From: an uncultured Herbinix sp.
GTDB taxonomy: Bacteria > Bacillota > Clostridia > Lachnospirales > Lachnospiraceae
DNA length: 54,135 bases
NCBI GenBank assembly: GCA_964391115.1
Contig: CAYMLE010000002.1
Span: 1 to 54,135, forward strand
Direction: 5' to 3'
Shown: piece by piece, positions 39,491-49,515 of the stretch
Position numbering within the stretch: the stretch's first letter is position 1
How the letters are laid out: each line of letters starts with the position of its first letter
The notes under the pieces: generated by a model
What the model was told of the DNA's origin: nothing
Seen by the model: the letters and a program-made list of their open reading frames with translations, nothing else
Databases searched by the model: none
Position numbers and translations under genes: made by a program

Positions 39491-40519
39491 ATGTATTGTA
39501 TAAACAAGGTATTTAACTCAGGGATATTTCAGGGAAAAAATAAGAGAAAGAATTATTTTGAAGGCTGGTATTTTAAGCTTACAGATCAAAGCATGGAACA
39601 TACCGTGGCTGTTATTCCAGGTATTGCAATGGGAAAAAGCCAGCGCGATGCCCATGCTTTTATTCAGGTATTGTTGGGTGGAAAACAGGTTTGTTATTAT
39701 AAATTTGATTTAGAGGAATTTCAATATAACAGAAATCGATTTGCCATTAAAATCGCTGATAATTACTTTTCAGAAAACAAATTAACCCTAAATCTTAAGG
39801 GAAATGGCATACAAATTCTTGGAACGGTACAGTTCAATCATATGAAAAGACTTCCAAAAAGCTTATATATGCCTGGTATTATGGGGCCCTTTTCCTATAT
39901 TCCTTGGATGGAATGCTATCATGGAGTAATAAGTATGCATCATGATATTACAGGACAGCTTATGATAGCAGATGAAAGGACAGATTTTACCGGTGGCTGT
40001 GGCTATATCGAAAAGGATTGGGGTAATTCCTTTCCCAGCGATTGGGTCTGGTTGCAAACCAATCATTTTCTTCATTCTGATGGGACATTGATGGTATCTG
40101 CTGCCAGAATTCCTATGCTAGGAACTTCATTTCCCGGTTTTTTAGCCTTACTCCGACTAGGGAACCAATGTCATGTCTTCGCCACCTATACCGGAGCAAA
40201 GCTTCGCACCTTACAATGTTCGGATCATCAAATAAAAATAATCTTAGAGGACAGAAGGTATCGTTTGGTAATTCAGGTGGCTTCCACCGAAGGAGGATAT
40301 TTAAAAGCCCCTCATAAAGGCCTAATGAACCGAACCATTCAAGAATCCATTAGTAACAAGGCCAAGATTCGTCTCTTTGATAAACGGAGTCAACCTCTCT
40401 TTAATAAACGGAGTCAACCTCTCTCTGATAAACGGAATCAGCCTCTCTTTGAAGACACCGCTCGGAATATAGGGTTAGAAATTGTACTCCCTAGGCATAC
40501 AGGAAACACATTAAACTAA
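39491..40519 (+). CDS. Tocopherol cyclase-family protein
   Basis: YFEGWYFK, IMGPF, MECYH, GYIEKDWG.SFP..W.W. Confidence 0.85.
   Translation: MYCINKVFNSGIFQGKNKRKNYFEGWYFKLTDQSMEHTVAVIPGIAMGKSQRDAHAFIQVLLGGKQVCYYKFDLEEFQYNRNRFAIKIADNYFSENKLTLNLKGNGIQILGTVQFNHMKRLPKSLYMPGIMGPFSYIPWMECYHGVISMHHDITGQLMIADERTDFTGGCGYIEKDWGNSFPSDWVWLQTNHFLHSDGTLMVSAARIPMLGTSFPGFLALLRLGNQCHVFATYTGAKLRTLQCSDHQIKIILEDRRYRLVIQVASTEGGYLKAPHKGLMNRTIQESISNKAKIRLFDKRSQPLFNKRSQPLSDKRNQPLFEDTARNIGLEIVLPRHTGNTLN
40373..40452 (+). repeat. 24-bp coding tandem repeat x3 (LFDKRSQP-like)
   Basis: CTCTTTGATAAACGGAGTCAACCT-like units at 40373, 40397 and 40421. Confidence 0.9.
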
Positions 40520-40659
40520 TATTTAATGTGTTTTTTTAGTCTAACCATGAAGGATTAAGTAATGATGTTAAAATACTACATTTCTAATAATACTATTATT
40601 TGATACAATAAGTAATAGTTACCATTTCAAGATAAGAAAGGAACGAGGTATGAGGGGAT

Positions 40660-42837
40660 ATGAGCATGAAGAACGTAGATGAGGTTATAATTGATGGAAT
40701 TATTGCAGACCTTACTCTGGAAGAGAAAATAAGTATGATTCATGGTGAGGGACTGTTTCAAACCGCTGCAGTGGAGCGTTTAGGTATCCCATCTCTTAAG
40801 ATGTCGGATGGCCCTATGGGTGTTAGAAAGGAATTTAGCCTTAAGGAATGGATCAATATTTACACTACGGATGATTTGGTATCCTATCTTCCTAGCAACA
40901 GCGCCTTAGCAGCTACTTGGAACCGGGATCTGGCTTATGAAACCGGTAAGGTTCTGGGCGCAGAGACTAGAGGGAGAGGCAAGGATGTTATCTTAGCTCC
41001 TGGAATTAATATAAAGAGAAGTCCCTTATGTGGCAGAAACTTTGAATACATGAGTGAGGACCCGAAGCTGATCGAAGAGATGGTGGTTCCACTAATTAAA
41101 GGAATTCAGGAAAATGATGTTGCTGCTTGTGTGAAGCATTTTGTAGCAAATAATCAAGAGACAGACCGACTCTGGGTGGATACAGAGATTGATGAGAAAG
41201 CCCTTCGGGAAATATATTTCCCTGGATTTAAGGCTGCCATTAAGCAAGGAGATAGTCTAAGTATCATGGGAGCTTATAACCTTCTCTATGGAGTGCATTG
41301 CTGCCAAAGTAAGTATCTCCTGAATGAAATTCTTCGGGAAGAGTGGGACTATGATGGTGTCATTATATCTGACTGGGGAGGTGTCCACGATACTAAGATA
41401 GCCACAGAATCAGCTCTAGATCTCGAGATGTCTGTAGGTCCTGATTTTGATCAATACTATATGGCACAACCTCTTTTGAAGGCTATAAGAGCTGGTGAGA
41501 TTGAGGAAGAATACATTAATGAGAAGCTAAGAAATATACTTCGACTTATGTATCGTCTCAAGATGCTGGGGGATGAGAGGGAGAATCGGCAAGCTGGAAC
41601 CTATAATGCACCGAAGCATAGGGAAAAAGCGTTGGAATGTGCCAGAGAATCTATGGTTCTACTGAAAAATGAAAACAATCGACTGCCACTGAAGAAGACG
41701 GGCTTAAAAACCCTTGCAGTGATTGGTCAGAATGCAGAAATGATTCATTCCGATGGTGGTGGTAGTGCTGAGATAAAAGCCCTTTACGAGATTTCACCTC
41801 TTCTTGGTCTACGCACTTTGTTAGGAGGAAATACGGAGATAACATATGCCCGTGGCTATGAAATTCCTTCAAAAGAGGAAAAGGAACTTAACTGGCAGCA
41901 ATATAGCTTAGAGAAACCGGAGCTGGATGAAAAAGAAAAGCAAAGGCTGGAGCAGATTCAGAAGGAACGTAAGCTTAAAGGTGACCAGTTATTTAAGGAA
42001 GCAGTTGCTCTCGCAAAGGAAGTGGATGAGGTTGTTTTTGTTGGTGGACTAAATCATGATTATGATGTAGAGGGCGCTGATCGAACTGATATGAAGCTTC
42101 CCTATGATCAGGATGAACTTATAAAAGCAATCCTTGAGGTGAATCCTAGAACGGTTATCGTCATGGTTGCAGGCTCTCCGGTGGAGATGGGTGCGTGGAA
42201 AGATAAAGCTCAGGCCATAGTTTGGTCCTGGTATGCCGGTATGGAAGGTGGTAATGCCCTGGCTGAGGTATTGTTTGGAGAGGTAAATCCCTCCGGGAAA
42301 TTGCCAGAAACCTTTTTGAATAATATAATGGATTGTCCTGCTCACAAATTGGACGAGTTCGGTGATAAGAAGAAGCTTACTTATAAAGAAGGAATATTTG
42401 TAGGTTATCGCTATTATGATACCTATGATACCGAGGTGGCTTATCCCTTCGGCCATGGTTTATCTTATACCAGGTTTGAATACGACAACCTTATCCTTCA
42501 TAAGGAGGAAGAGGATCAGATTCGTATTGATCTAACGGTAAAGAATACTGGTTCTATGGATGGAGCAGAGGCGGTCCAGATCTATATATCGGATTATAGA
42601 AAACCGGCAGATAGACCAATCCACGAATTGAAGGATTTTGTTAAGGTGCACCTGAAAGCAGGAGAAGAAAAAACCATATCCAGAATATTGAACAAAGAGT
42701 CCTTTAGCAGATATGATGTTGCATCAAAATGCTTCAAAGTAGAACCTGCCGAATACGAAATCAAGGTAGGAAGTTCCTCACGGGATGTCCGGTTAAGTGG
42801 TAAGATTAAGATAGATAAGGAATATCGGTATTTTTAA
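40660..42837 (+). CDS. GH3 beta-glucosidase
   Basis: SDGPMG, GRNFEYMSEDP, KHF, ISDW, GYRYYD, PFGHGLSYT. Confidence 0.95.
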   Translation: MSMKNVDEVIIDGIIADLTLEEKISMIHGEGLFQTAAVERLGIPSLKMSDGPMGVRKEFSLKEWINIYTTDDLVSYLPSNSALAATWNRDLAYETGKVLGAETRGRGKDVILAPGINIKRSPLCGRNFEYMSEDPKLIEEMVVPLIKGIQENDVAACVKHFVANNQETDRLWVDTEIDEKALREIYFPGFKAAIKQGDSLSIMGAYNLLYGVHCCQSKYLLNEILREEWDYDGVIISDWGGVHDTKIATESALDLEMSVGPDFDQYYMAQPLLKAIRAGEIEEEYINEKLRNILRLMYRLKMLGDERENRQAGTYNAPKHREKALECARESMVLLKNENNRLPLKKTGLKTLAVIGQNAEMIHSDGGGSAEIKALYEISPLLGLRTLLGGNTEITYARGYEIPSKEEKELNWQQYSLEKPELDEKEKQRLEQIQKERKLKGDQLFKEAVALAKEVDEVVFVGGLNHDYDVEGADRTDMKLPYDQDELIKAILEVNPRTVIVMVAGSPVEMGAWKDKAQAIVWSWYAGMEGGNALAEVLFGEVNPSGKLPETFLNNIMDCPAHKLDEFGDKKKLTYKEGIFVGYRYYDTYDTEVAYPFGHGLSYTRFEYDNLILHKEEEDQIRIDLTVKNTGSMDGAEAVQIYISDYRKPADRPIHELKDFVKVHLKAGEEKTISRILNKESFSRYDVASKCFKVEPAEYEIKVGSSSRDVRLSGKIKIDKEYRYF

Positions 42838-43037
42838 CATGTTAAAAAATTAGAATCTTTATTAGAATAATAAAATATTAAAGAGTTTTCTCATCTTGGA
42901 CTTGTGTTTATTACCATAGACACAAGTCCATAATTTATTAATGATCGACATTTTCGAAACAATAGAAAAGAGATTGGCTTTGAACGTACTGGAGGCATAC
43001 AAAGTCAATCTCTTGTTTTTGAAGTCATGCATATAGT

Positions 43038-44456
43038 TTATTTGGCGTAAAAATAATCCCAAACTTCAGAAGCTATAAATTCCGTTAGGCTCAAATCATG
43101 CAATAGCTGCAGAAGACCATAGCGGTTTCGTAACTCCTTGGCCACAAGAAAGCTGTTAATGAAGGTGGCTTTATCTATTCCACAGGACATCGGATCGGAT
43201 GGAGCAGATAGATGGGATAGGAGCTGTCGGATATCATCAGCAGAAGGAAGAGTTGAGATTAACTGTAGTAATTCCTTCCACTTGTTTTCTATAGTAGTCA
43301 GACGGGGTATTACATTCGTCGACATATTTTTGCCAACGGTATGTTCCAATGCAATTACAGATGGGGCAGCCTTTCCATAGGTTTCCAACATAAGGGATTC
43401 CCATTGTGGATAGGAGAAATCAGTGGCTTTGTTTACAGCAATTGAGAAGTCGGTCTCTTTTTCTTTCAAAAACTCATAGGCCTTTAATACGGCTATCGTT
43501 CCAATGCCCACCTTAGTTCCATGTAGAATAGGCTTCTTTCCCTGGAATAAAAACATCATTTCCCAGTAATGGGACAGGTGGTGTTCACTACCGGAGGCTG
43601 GTCTAGAATTGCCGGCGAAGCTCATAGCGATTCCAGAAAGGACTAGAGCTTCCATAATGCTTTGAATTGCTTTTGGGTCCCTGTGTAGGACTCCATCAAC
43701 GTGTTCAAGTACAGTATCTATCGATGAGTGTACAATATTCTCAATAAAGGAACAATGATATTCCTGCTGAATGATATGAGAAAGCTTCCAATCGCAGAGA
43801 CAGGTGTATTTACCCAAGATATCGCCAATCCCTGCGGCAATCATCTCTATGGGTGCTTCCATCAATATACGAACATCACCTAGAATCGCATAGGGAGCAT
43901 GGGCTTCATAGGTGGTCTTCATGTGATCCACAATCAGTGGAGCAACCGTGGAAGCGAAGCCGTCCATGGAAGGAGCAGTAGCAATGATTAGATAGGGTAA
44001 TGTTAGTCGGTGGCTTACAAATCTACTAATATCATTGATGGTTCCACTTCCGACCGCTATTATTACATCACAGGAGAGATCATAATGTATTAGGACCTTA
44101 CCGAGGGTTTCCTCGTTTGGAATGGGCGCCACTTCCAAGATATAGTGTGAATACGGCAGATCCATCTCGTCTAAAATCTGCTCCACCTTTTGACCAGCAA
44201 CCAGATAGGTTGTGGCATCATATAGGAAAAATGCTTTTTTACAAGAAAGTTGGGTTAGGAGCTTCGGCAGATGCATAATAGCATTCTCTTCGATAATAAC
44301 TTCCTTGATCGGAACCTGATGGGTGTGACCACAGGAGCAGGTAATAGAACGCTTCAAGTAATCTTGTATATTTGACGAAGATATATCATTATTGAGGGGT
44401 AGATTTTTCTTTGGTTTATCTGTATTTTCTTGGGCTATATCCATATGTTTGACCAT
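43038..44456 (-). CDS. sn-glycerol-1-phosphate dehydrogenase (AraM/EgsA-type)
   Basis: GSGTIND, TAPSMDG, SRPASGSEHHLSH, HGTKVG; start after AGGAGG. Confidence 0.88.
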   Translation of the reverse strand: MVKHMDIAQENTDKPKKNLPLNNDISSSNIQDYLKRSITCSCGHTHQVPIKEVIIEENAIMHLPKLLTQLSCKKAFFLYDATTYLVAGQKVEQILDEMDLPYSHYILEVAPIPNEETLGKVLIHYDLSCDVIIAVGSGTINDISRFVSHRLTLPYLIIATAPSMDGFASTVAPLIVDHMKTTYEAHAPYAILGDVRILMEAPIEMIAAGIGDILGKYTCLCDWKLSHIIQQEYHCSFIENIVHSSIDTVLEHVDGVLHRDPKAIQSIMEALVLSGIAMSFAGNSRPASGSEHHLSHYWEMMFLFQGKKPILHGTKVGIGTIAVLKAYEFLKEKETDFSIAVNKATDFSYPQWESLMLETYGKAAPSVIALEHTVGKNMSTNVIPRLTTIENKWKELLQLISTLPSADDIRQLLSHLSAPSDPMSCGIDKATFINSFLVAKELRNRYGLLQLLHDLSLTEFIASEVWDYFYAK

Positions 44457-44698
44457 GAGTTGCCTCCTAGGTATGTGAATGACATTTTTATGTGATAGAA
44501 ACTGATTATGAGTATAGGTTTGTATGATGAACTTGTCAATGCTGTTTATTATATGGCTAAATAAGTCAATGAAAGTGTTGACAGTTATGTACAAGGTATA
44601 TTATATATATTAAATATGGTAGAATAATACCATGCAAATTATACCAAGCGTTTGTTATCTGGTTTCATCCGTATAGCATCTGCATAGAAAGGAAACGA

Positions 44699-45910
44699 AT
44701 GGATCAAAAGAAGAATTGGAAGAAAAATATAATATTATTTCTATCAGGACAAATCATATCCTTGTTTGGATCTTCCTTAGTCCAGTATGCCATTATGTGG
44801 TATATTACATTGACTACAAAGTCGGGTGTAATGATGACAATATCGATCATTGTAGGATTTTTACCCAACTTTTTTCTTGCCCCCTTTGCTGGAGTATGGG
44901 CAGATCGGTATCCTCGTAAGAGATTAATTATTTTAGCGGATTCTGCAATCGCGATAGCAACACTAATCGCAGCCATTGTCTTCGCCTTGGGATATGATTC
45001 CATATGGACTTTGTTTGCAGTACTTGCAATTCGTTCCTTAGGACAAGGGATACAGTCTCCAGCAGTGGGAGCAATTCTTCCTCAAATTGTACCAGAGGAT
45101 AAATTGACTAAGATAAATGGAATGAATGGAAGTATGCAGGCTCTCATAACCCTATTTTCACCAATGGTAAGTGCTGCTTTATTGTCAAGGGTACCAATGA
45201 ATGCAATTTTTATGATTGATGTAGTTACTGCGGCTGTTGCTGTACTGATCTTACTTCTTATTCGAATCCCAACACATGCTAAGGCGATGGAGAGAAGTGA
45301 AATTAAGTACTTAGATGATTTTAAAGAAGGAGTCAGATATATCAAGGACCATCCGTATGTCAAAGCATTTTTTCTGTTTTGCGGATTCTTCTTTGTTTTG
45401 GTTGCACCGGCGGCATTTCTTTCGCCATTGCAAGTAACCAGGAGCTTCGGTGAAGAGGTATGGCGACTCTCTACGATTGAGATTACATTTTCTATTGGAA
45501 TGATCTTTGGTGGTGTTTTAATGGCTTCCTGGGGTGGCTTCAAAAATAAAATATATACCATGACCCTAGCCAGTATTATTATGAGTGCCGCGACCATAGC
45601 GCTGGGAATTGTTCCAGTGTTTTGGATATATGCTGTTTTGATGGGAGTATTTGGACTTGCTATGCCACTACTGAATACGCCATCGATAGTTCTACTGCAG
45701 GAGAAAGTAGAAGAGAACTACCTGGGAAGAGTATTTGGTGTTATGGGTATGATATCAAGCTCCATGATGCCTTTGGGTATGTTGATTTTTGGACCCTTAT
45801 CCGATTTGATTTCCATCGAATCCATTCTGATTGGTACAGGTATAGCAATGTTGATTTCCTGTTTTTATCTATTAAGAATAAAGCGTCTTGTGAGTGAAGA
45901 TCTTAAATAG
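44699..45910 (+). CDS. MFS transporter (DHA3/MefA-like)
   Basis: GQIISLFGSSLVQYA, GVWADR, YLGRVFG. Confidence 0.92.
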   Translation: MDQKKNWKKNIILFLSGQIISLFGSSLVQYAIMWYITLTTKSGVMMTISIIVGFLPNFFLAPFAGVWADRYPRKRLIILADSAIAIATLIAAIVFALGYDSIWTLFAVLAIRSLGQGIQSPAVGAILPQIVPEDKLTKINGMNGSMQALITLFSPMVSAALLSRVPMNAIFMIDVVTAAVAVLILLLIRIPTHAKAMERSEIKYLDDFKEGVRYIKDHPYVKAFFLFCGFFFVLVAPAAFLSPLQVTRSFGEEVWRLSTIEITFSIGMIFGGVLMASWGGFKNKIYTMTLASIIMSAATIALGIVPVFWIYAVLMGVFGLAMPLLNTPSIVLLQEKVEENYLGRVFGVMGMISSSMMPLGMLIFGPLSDLISIESILIGTGIAMLISCFYLLRIKRLVSEDLK

Positions 45911-45996
45911 ATTAATATTAGTAGTTACGAATATTTGTACAAGGGGGAACATCCTTCGTATTACTTGGTTCACATTTTCATTTGTAGATAAAGAAG

Positions 45997-46047
45997 AAAG
46001 AGTATGGTCTCGGTTCTTATTAGAAGGAACCGAGACCATACTCTTTT
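45997..46047. terminator. Bidirectional terminator
   Basis: AAAGAGTATGGTCTCGGTTC...GAACCGAGACCATACTCTTTT. Confidence 0.85.
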
Positions 46048-46081
46048 ATTGTTGCTGTATATGGAAGAAGTAGAATAAATG

Positions 46082-47959
46082 TTAAAATCTCATTGGAATC
46101 AGATCAATGTAATCCTGTAGAGAAGCATCCCGCATCAGGCATTCAATAATCTGTTTTCCTAAGGGGTGAAGCTCCTCAGTATTGAATTTAGCAGCCTCCT
46201 GTTTGAAGAAATCCATTAATATGTTAGCACCAGCATCATATCCATCGATTCCCACCTCTTGTTGCCGTTCAGGTTGAAGGAAGGCTCTTCTGATATATTG
46301 GCCATCTACCTTCAAGGATTCTAAACCATAGCCAAGGATGGTGCAACGGGCTTCCTTTAGATGTTCTGGCTTAAACTTGGCACTGCCACGTCTTGCGATA
46401 TATTCTCTTGCAACCCATTGCGGATTAAAGCCTACTTTATATACGCCGATATGCTGATTGGGTATTAATAAATATCTGGTACTGGTAGAGTATAGAATCT
46501 GATCCAATAGAAGATTGGCTTGTTTAACCATCTTGCCAGTAGCAAAAGGCCAATAGGATCCAACACCCTCGCTTACCATTCCCTTTGAGCTTACAATACT
46601 GGGATTGTTATAGCCTCTGGGAGCAACCAGTCTCCATAACCAGGCTAGTGCAGGAGGAAGGATGTGGAACATACCCATAATACCATAGGAAGGATTTTCT
46701 CTCGTACAGGGTGGTGTCCTTACCCCAAAACTTCGTACGTCAACCTCCACGGGGTCCGTCACAATATCTGGTACAAGACGTCTCGGAAGGATGGCTCTCG
46801 GATTCGGGCATGGAGTTCCATTAGAATCTAAGGTATGTTCCCAGACAAGGCAGGTTGCGTTGGGTACACCCTGGATATTCAAAAAGAGAAGAGGTTCCTT
46901 CGGCTGTGTAAAGATCTTCTCGTATTGGGGTGCAGAACCATAGCTAGTAATACTGTCAAGTCTTAAAAACCATCCGCTTTCTGCATCCTGAACCACCAGC
47001 TTCTTACTCTGGTTCTGTAGCTTTGGATGACAGATAGCCATATCGTCGGTTACCGGATGAAGCTCACTGGATTCGCTTAATTCAAGGTAATATTTCTCCC
47101 CAGTAGCAAGGTTCTCACCCAATACCAGTCGTCCATCTGGAGCTCTGTGAGCAGGCTCAATCATCTCACTCTTACCACCGCCAGAAGCGCCTTCATGCAT
47201 AATGACAATTTCATTATCATAAGGTGTGATTACTTTCACTGTAGAAGCATGGGCTGTGAGCCAATCTTCCTGTTCCCCAATGTTTAGTAATACCCCATAG
47301 ATCCCCTTCTTAGCGCTGGGACCAGGATATAGGTTATAAGAAAATACCTCATGTACCTCCTTTAGGCGATTATGGACAACCACCTGCTGGCCATTAAACT
47401 CAGTATGACGGAAGGGAGGTGCCAGATAGACGATAGCCTGAGGCTTAAAGCCATCCTTAACCTTATCTATGCTTAAGAAACCTTGCAAATCAGCCAGTGC
47501 ACAGGCAAAAAATGCTGCATTCAAAGGAGCAATTAGCAGGGATTCATATCCATATTCATAGCTACCAGACATGAAGGGAAGAACAATCAGTTCTTGATCC
47601 GTAAGCCATTCAAAAGTATCGATTCTAAGAGGTTCAAAATCTTTATGATACACATCCTTAAATCGCGGTTTATCGGTATCAAGCTGATCTCCAATTACAA
47701 GACTTTCTGGATCACGGCGCCTCATATAATCCTCCATATAATTAACGACAGCACCATTTTTACAGCGGGTAACATTTGCCTCTTGTATTGTCCCTTTGCC
47801 TTTAACATCATAAATCACGTCATAGCTTATGCTATTTTCATCCCCAAAGGAAAGGTTAAATAACTCCTCCCTTGATTTGGGAAATATAATCTTTTTACAT
47901 CCTGTTAAGATGCTCTTAACATCCTCTGCCAAAATAAACTTCTGCAAGTATTCTTTCAT
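46082..47959 (-). CDS. DUF4914-family protein (PEP-carboxykinase-like motifs)
   Basis: YMRRRDP, YPGPSAKKG, HEGASGGGKSE P-loop, VTDDM. Confidence 0.8.
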   Translation of the reverse strand: MKEYLQKFILAEDVKSILTGCKKIIFPKSREELFNLSFGDENSISYDVIYDVKGKGTIQEANVTRCKNGAVVNYMEDYMRRRDPESLVIGDQLDTDKPRFKDVYHKDFEPLRIDTFEWLTDQELIVLPFMSGSYEYGYESLLIAPLNAAFFACALADLQGFLSIDKVKDGFKPQAIVYLAPPFRHTEFNGQQVVVHNRLKEVHEVFSYNLYPGPSAKKGIYGVLLNIGEQEDWLTAHASTVKVITPYDNEIVIMHEGASGGGKSEMIEPAHRAPDGRLVLGENLATGEKYYLELSESSELHPVTDDMAICHPKLQNQSKKLVVQDAESGWFLRLDSITSYGSAPQYEKIFTQPKEPLLFLNIQGVPNATCLVWEHTLDSNGTPCPNPRAILPRRLVPDIVTDPVEVDVRSFGVRTPPCTRENPSYGIMGMFHILPPALAWLWRLVAPRGYNNPSIVSSKGMVSEGVGSYWPFATGKMVKQANLLLDQILYSTSTRYLLIPNQHIGVYKVGFNPQWVAREYIARRGSAKFKPEHLKEARCTILGYGLESLKVDGQYIRRAFLQPERQQEVGIDGYDAGANILMDFFKQEAAKFNTEELHPLGKQIIECLMRDASLQDYIDLIPMRF

Positions 47960-48067
47960 GTTAACTCCTTTACAAATTGTTCTAAGTGATCACCGCTATA
48001 AAGTAAGACTAGTCATATTTTTTGTGATCCTGATTGTTAATATTCATAGAAATATGGCGTTAAAAAT

Positions 48068-48571
48068 CTACATTTTCCACCACATCTCAGTTTGAAGCTT
48101 TTCATCCTTTTCTAAGACAGCTCTAGACATTTCTGATTTCATAGTTTCTAATTTTTCTGCAAGCGATTCATCATTAACGGCTAGAATTTGAGCAGCTAAG
48201 ATTCCAGCATTGTCAGCGCCATCAATAGCAACAGTTGCCACAGGAACTCCCTTTGGCATCTGGACGGTAGCAAGCAGTGCATCCATTCCATCCAATACAG
48301 AAGCTCTGATTGGTAGACCTATAACTGGAAGAGTAGTCTGGGCTGCAATTACACCAGCTAGATGAGCAGCTTTTCCAGCAGCGCAGATGATAACTCCAAA
48401 GCCATTGGATCTGGCGTTAAGGGAAAAATCACTAGCTTGCTTTGGCGTTCTGTGTGCACTTATTACATGAACCTCAACTGGAATACCAAAGCCCTTCAGC
48501 GTATTGATCGCACCTTTCACTATTGGAAGATCACTATCACTTCCCATTAAAATTGCTACTTTTTTATTCAT
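48068..48571 (-). CDS. purE: N5-CAIR mutase / AIR carboxylase
   Basis: [30 protein letters not shown]; start after AAGGAGG. Confidence 0.95.
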   Translation of the reverse strand: MNKKVAILMGSDSDLPIVKGAINTLKGFGIPVEVHVISAHRTPKQASDFSLNARSNGFGVIICAAGKAAHLAGVIAAQTTLPVIGLPIRASVLDGMDALLATVQMPKGVPVATVAIDGADNAGILAAQILAVNDESLAEKLETMKSEMSRAVLEKDEKLQTEMWWKM

Positions 48572-48661
48572 AATAACCTCCTTCTGCCAAAATATCACGT
48601 ATGTGGGTATCGGCAATATTTACTTATCCTTTGATTTGGTTAGTGCCAGCTTGTTTTTTAT

Positions 48662-48703
48662 AAAAAAAATCCGATATCCATAGTATATACCAGATATCGG
48701 ATT
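48662..48703 (-). terminator. Terminator between the DUF2294 gene and purE
   Basis: Minus strand AATCCGATATCTGG...TGGATATCGGA-T8. Confidence 0.75.
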
Positions 48704-48743
48704 ACGAACAACTTAGACGAGCTAATTTGTTATGTCTCCCGGA

Positions 48744-49109
48744 TTACTTGTTAGAGATGAATTCTTCAAGATTTCGGTCTGTAGTGAGTATGATAACTTT
48801 CTCACCGGTTTTTGTACTGATGTCGGAATGGGTGCTGACTATGGCTACCTTAATCACATCTGTAATTAAGGTTTCCAGATATCCTCGCCCACCTTCAAAC
48901 AGGGAAGAACGGACCTTCTTAAATAATTCAATCCCTTGGGGATTATCAGTCAGTTTTTGCTCCGCGGGACTTAATACCCCGGCAAGTCTTACAATAATTA
49001 AATCTTGTATAATATATGTACGTATCGACTTTGGACCACGGCCCACATACTCTAATTCAAACTTACTGACTGCTTCTGAAATTTTTGCTTCTAATTGACC
49101 TTTTGTCAC
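48744..49109 (-). CDS. DUF2294/MpsC-family protein
   Basis: TKGQLEA.ISE, GRGP, GVLSPAE, HSDISTKTGE; GTG start with GAGGTG RBS. Confidence 0.85.
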   Translation of the reverse strand: MTKGQLEAKISEAVSKFELEYVGRGPKSIRTYIIQDLIIVRLAGVLSPAEQKLTDNPQGIELFKKVRSSLFEGGRGYLETLITDVIKVAIVSTHSDISTKTGEKVIILTTDRNLEEFISNK

Positions 49110-49515
49110 AGAATCATCACCTCATATTAATACATAGCATTGATAATGTGGCTACTATTTTTCTACTATAGCTTATTTAATTTATGATGTCAACTTAAAA
49201 TAACAATGTATATATATGCAATTACTAAATTATAAATGTTCGCCGAAAAGGATGGAACAAGGTATTAATATGATTGTATTAATTGATCAGGAATAAATTT
49301 TATAGGAATATAGTCGGATATAACTCTGCATTAATCGATGAATTAGATTGTATAATTTGGCTATACATATTATAATATTAGTAAATATGACGAAAAAAAT
49401 TCTCTCTAGAGTTTGAAATGTGTTGGAATAGGACAAATACACCTTATATATGAAAATGTTTACAATAATTATACAATGTTTTGATAATAAATTTAGTAAT
49501 AGGGGTGGAGTACAT

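Noticed and set aside
48575-48743. Purine or ZTP riboswitch before purE
   Set aside because: Conserved cores of those classes are not recognisable
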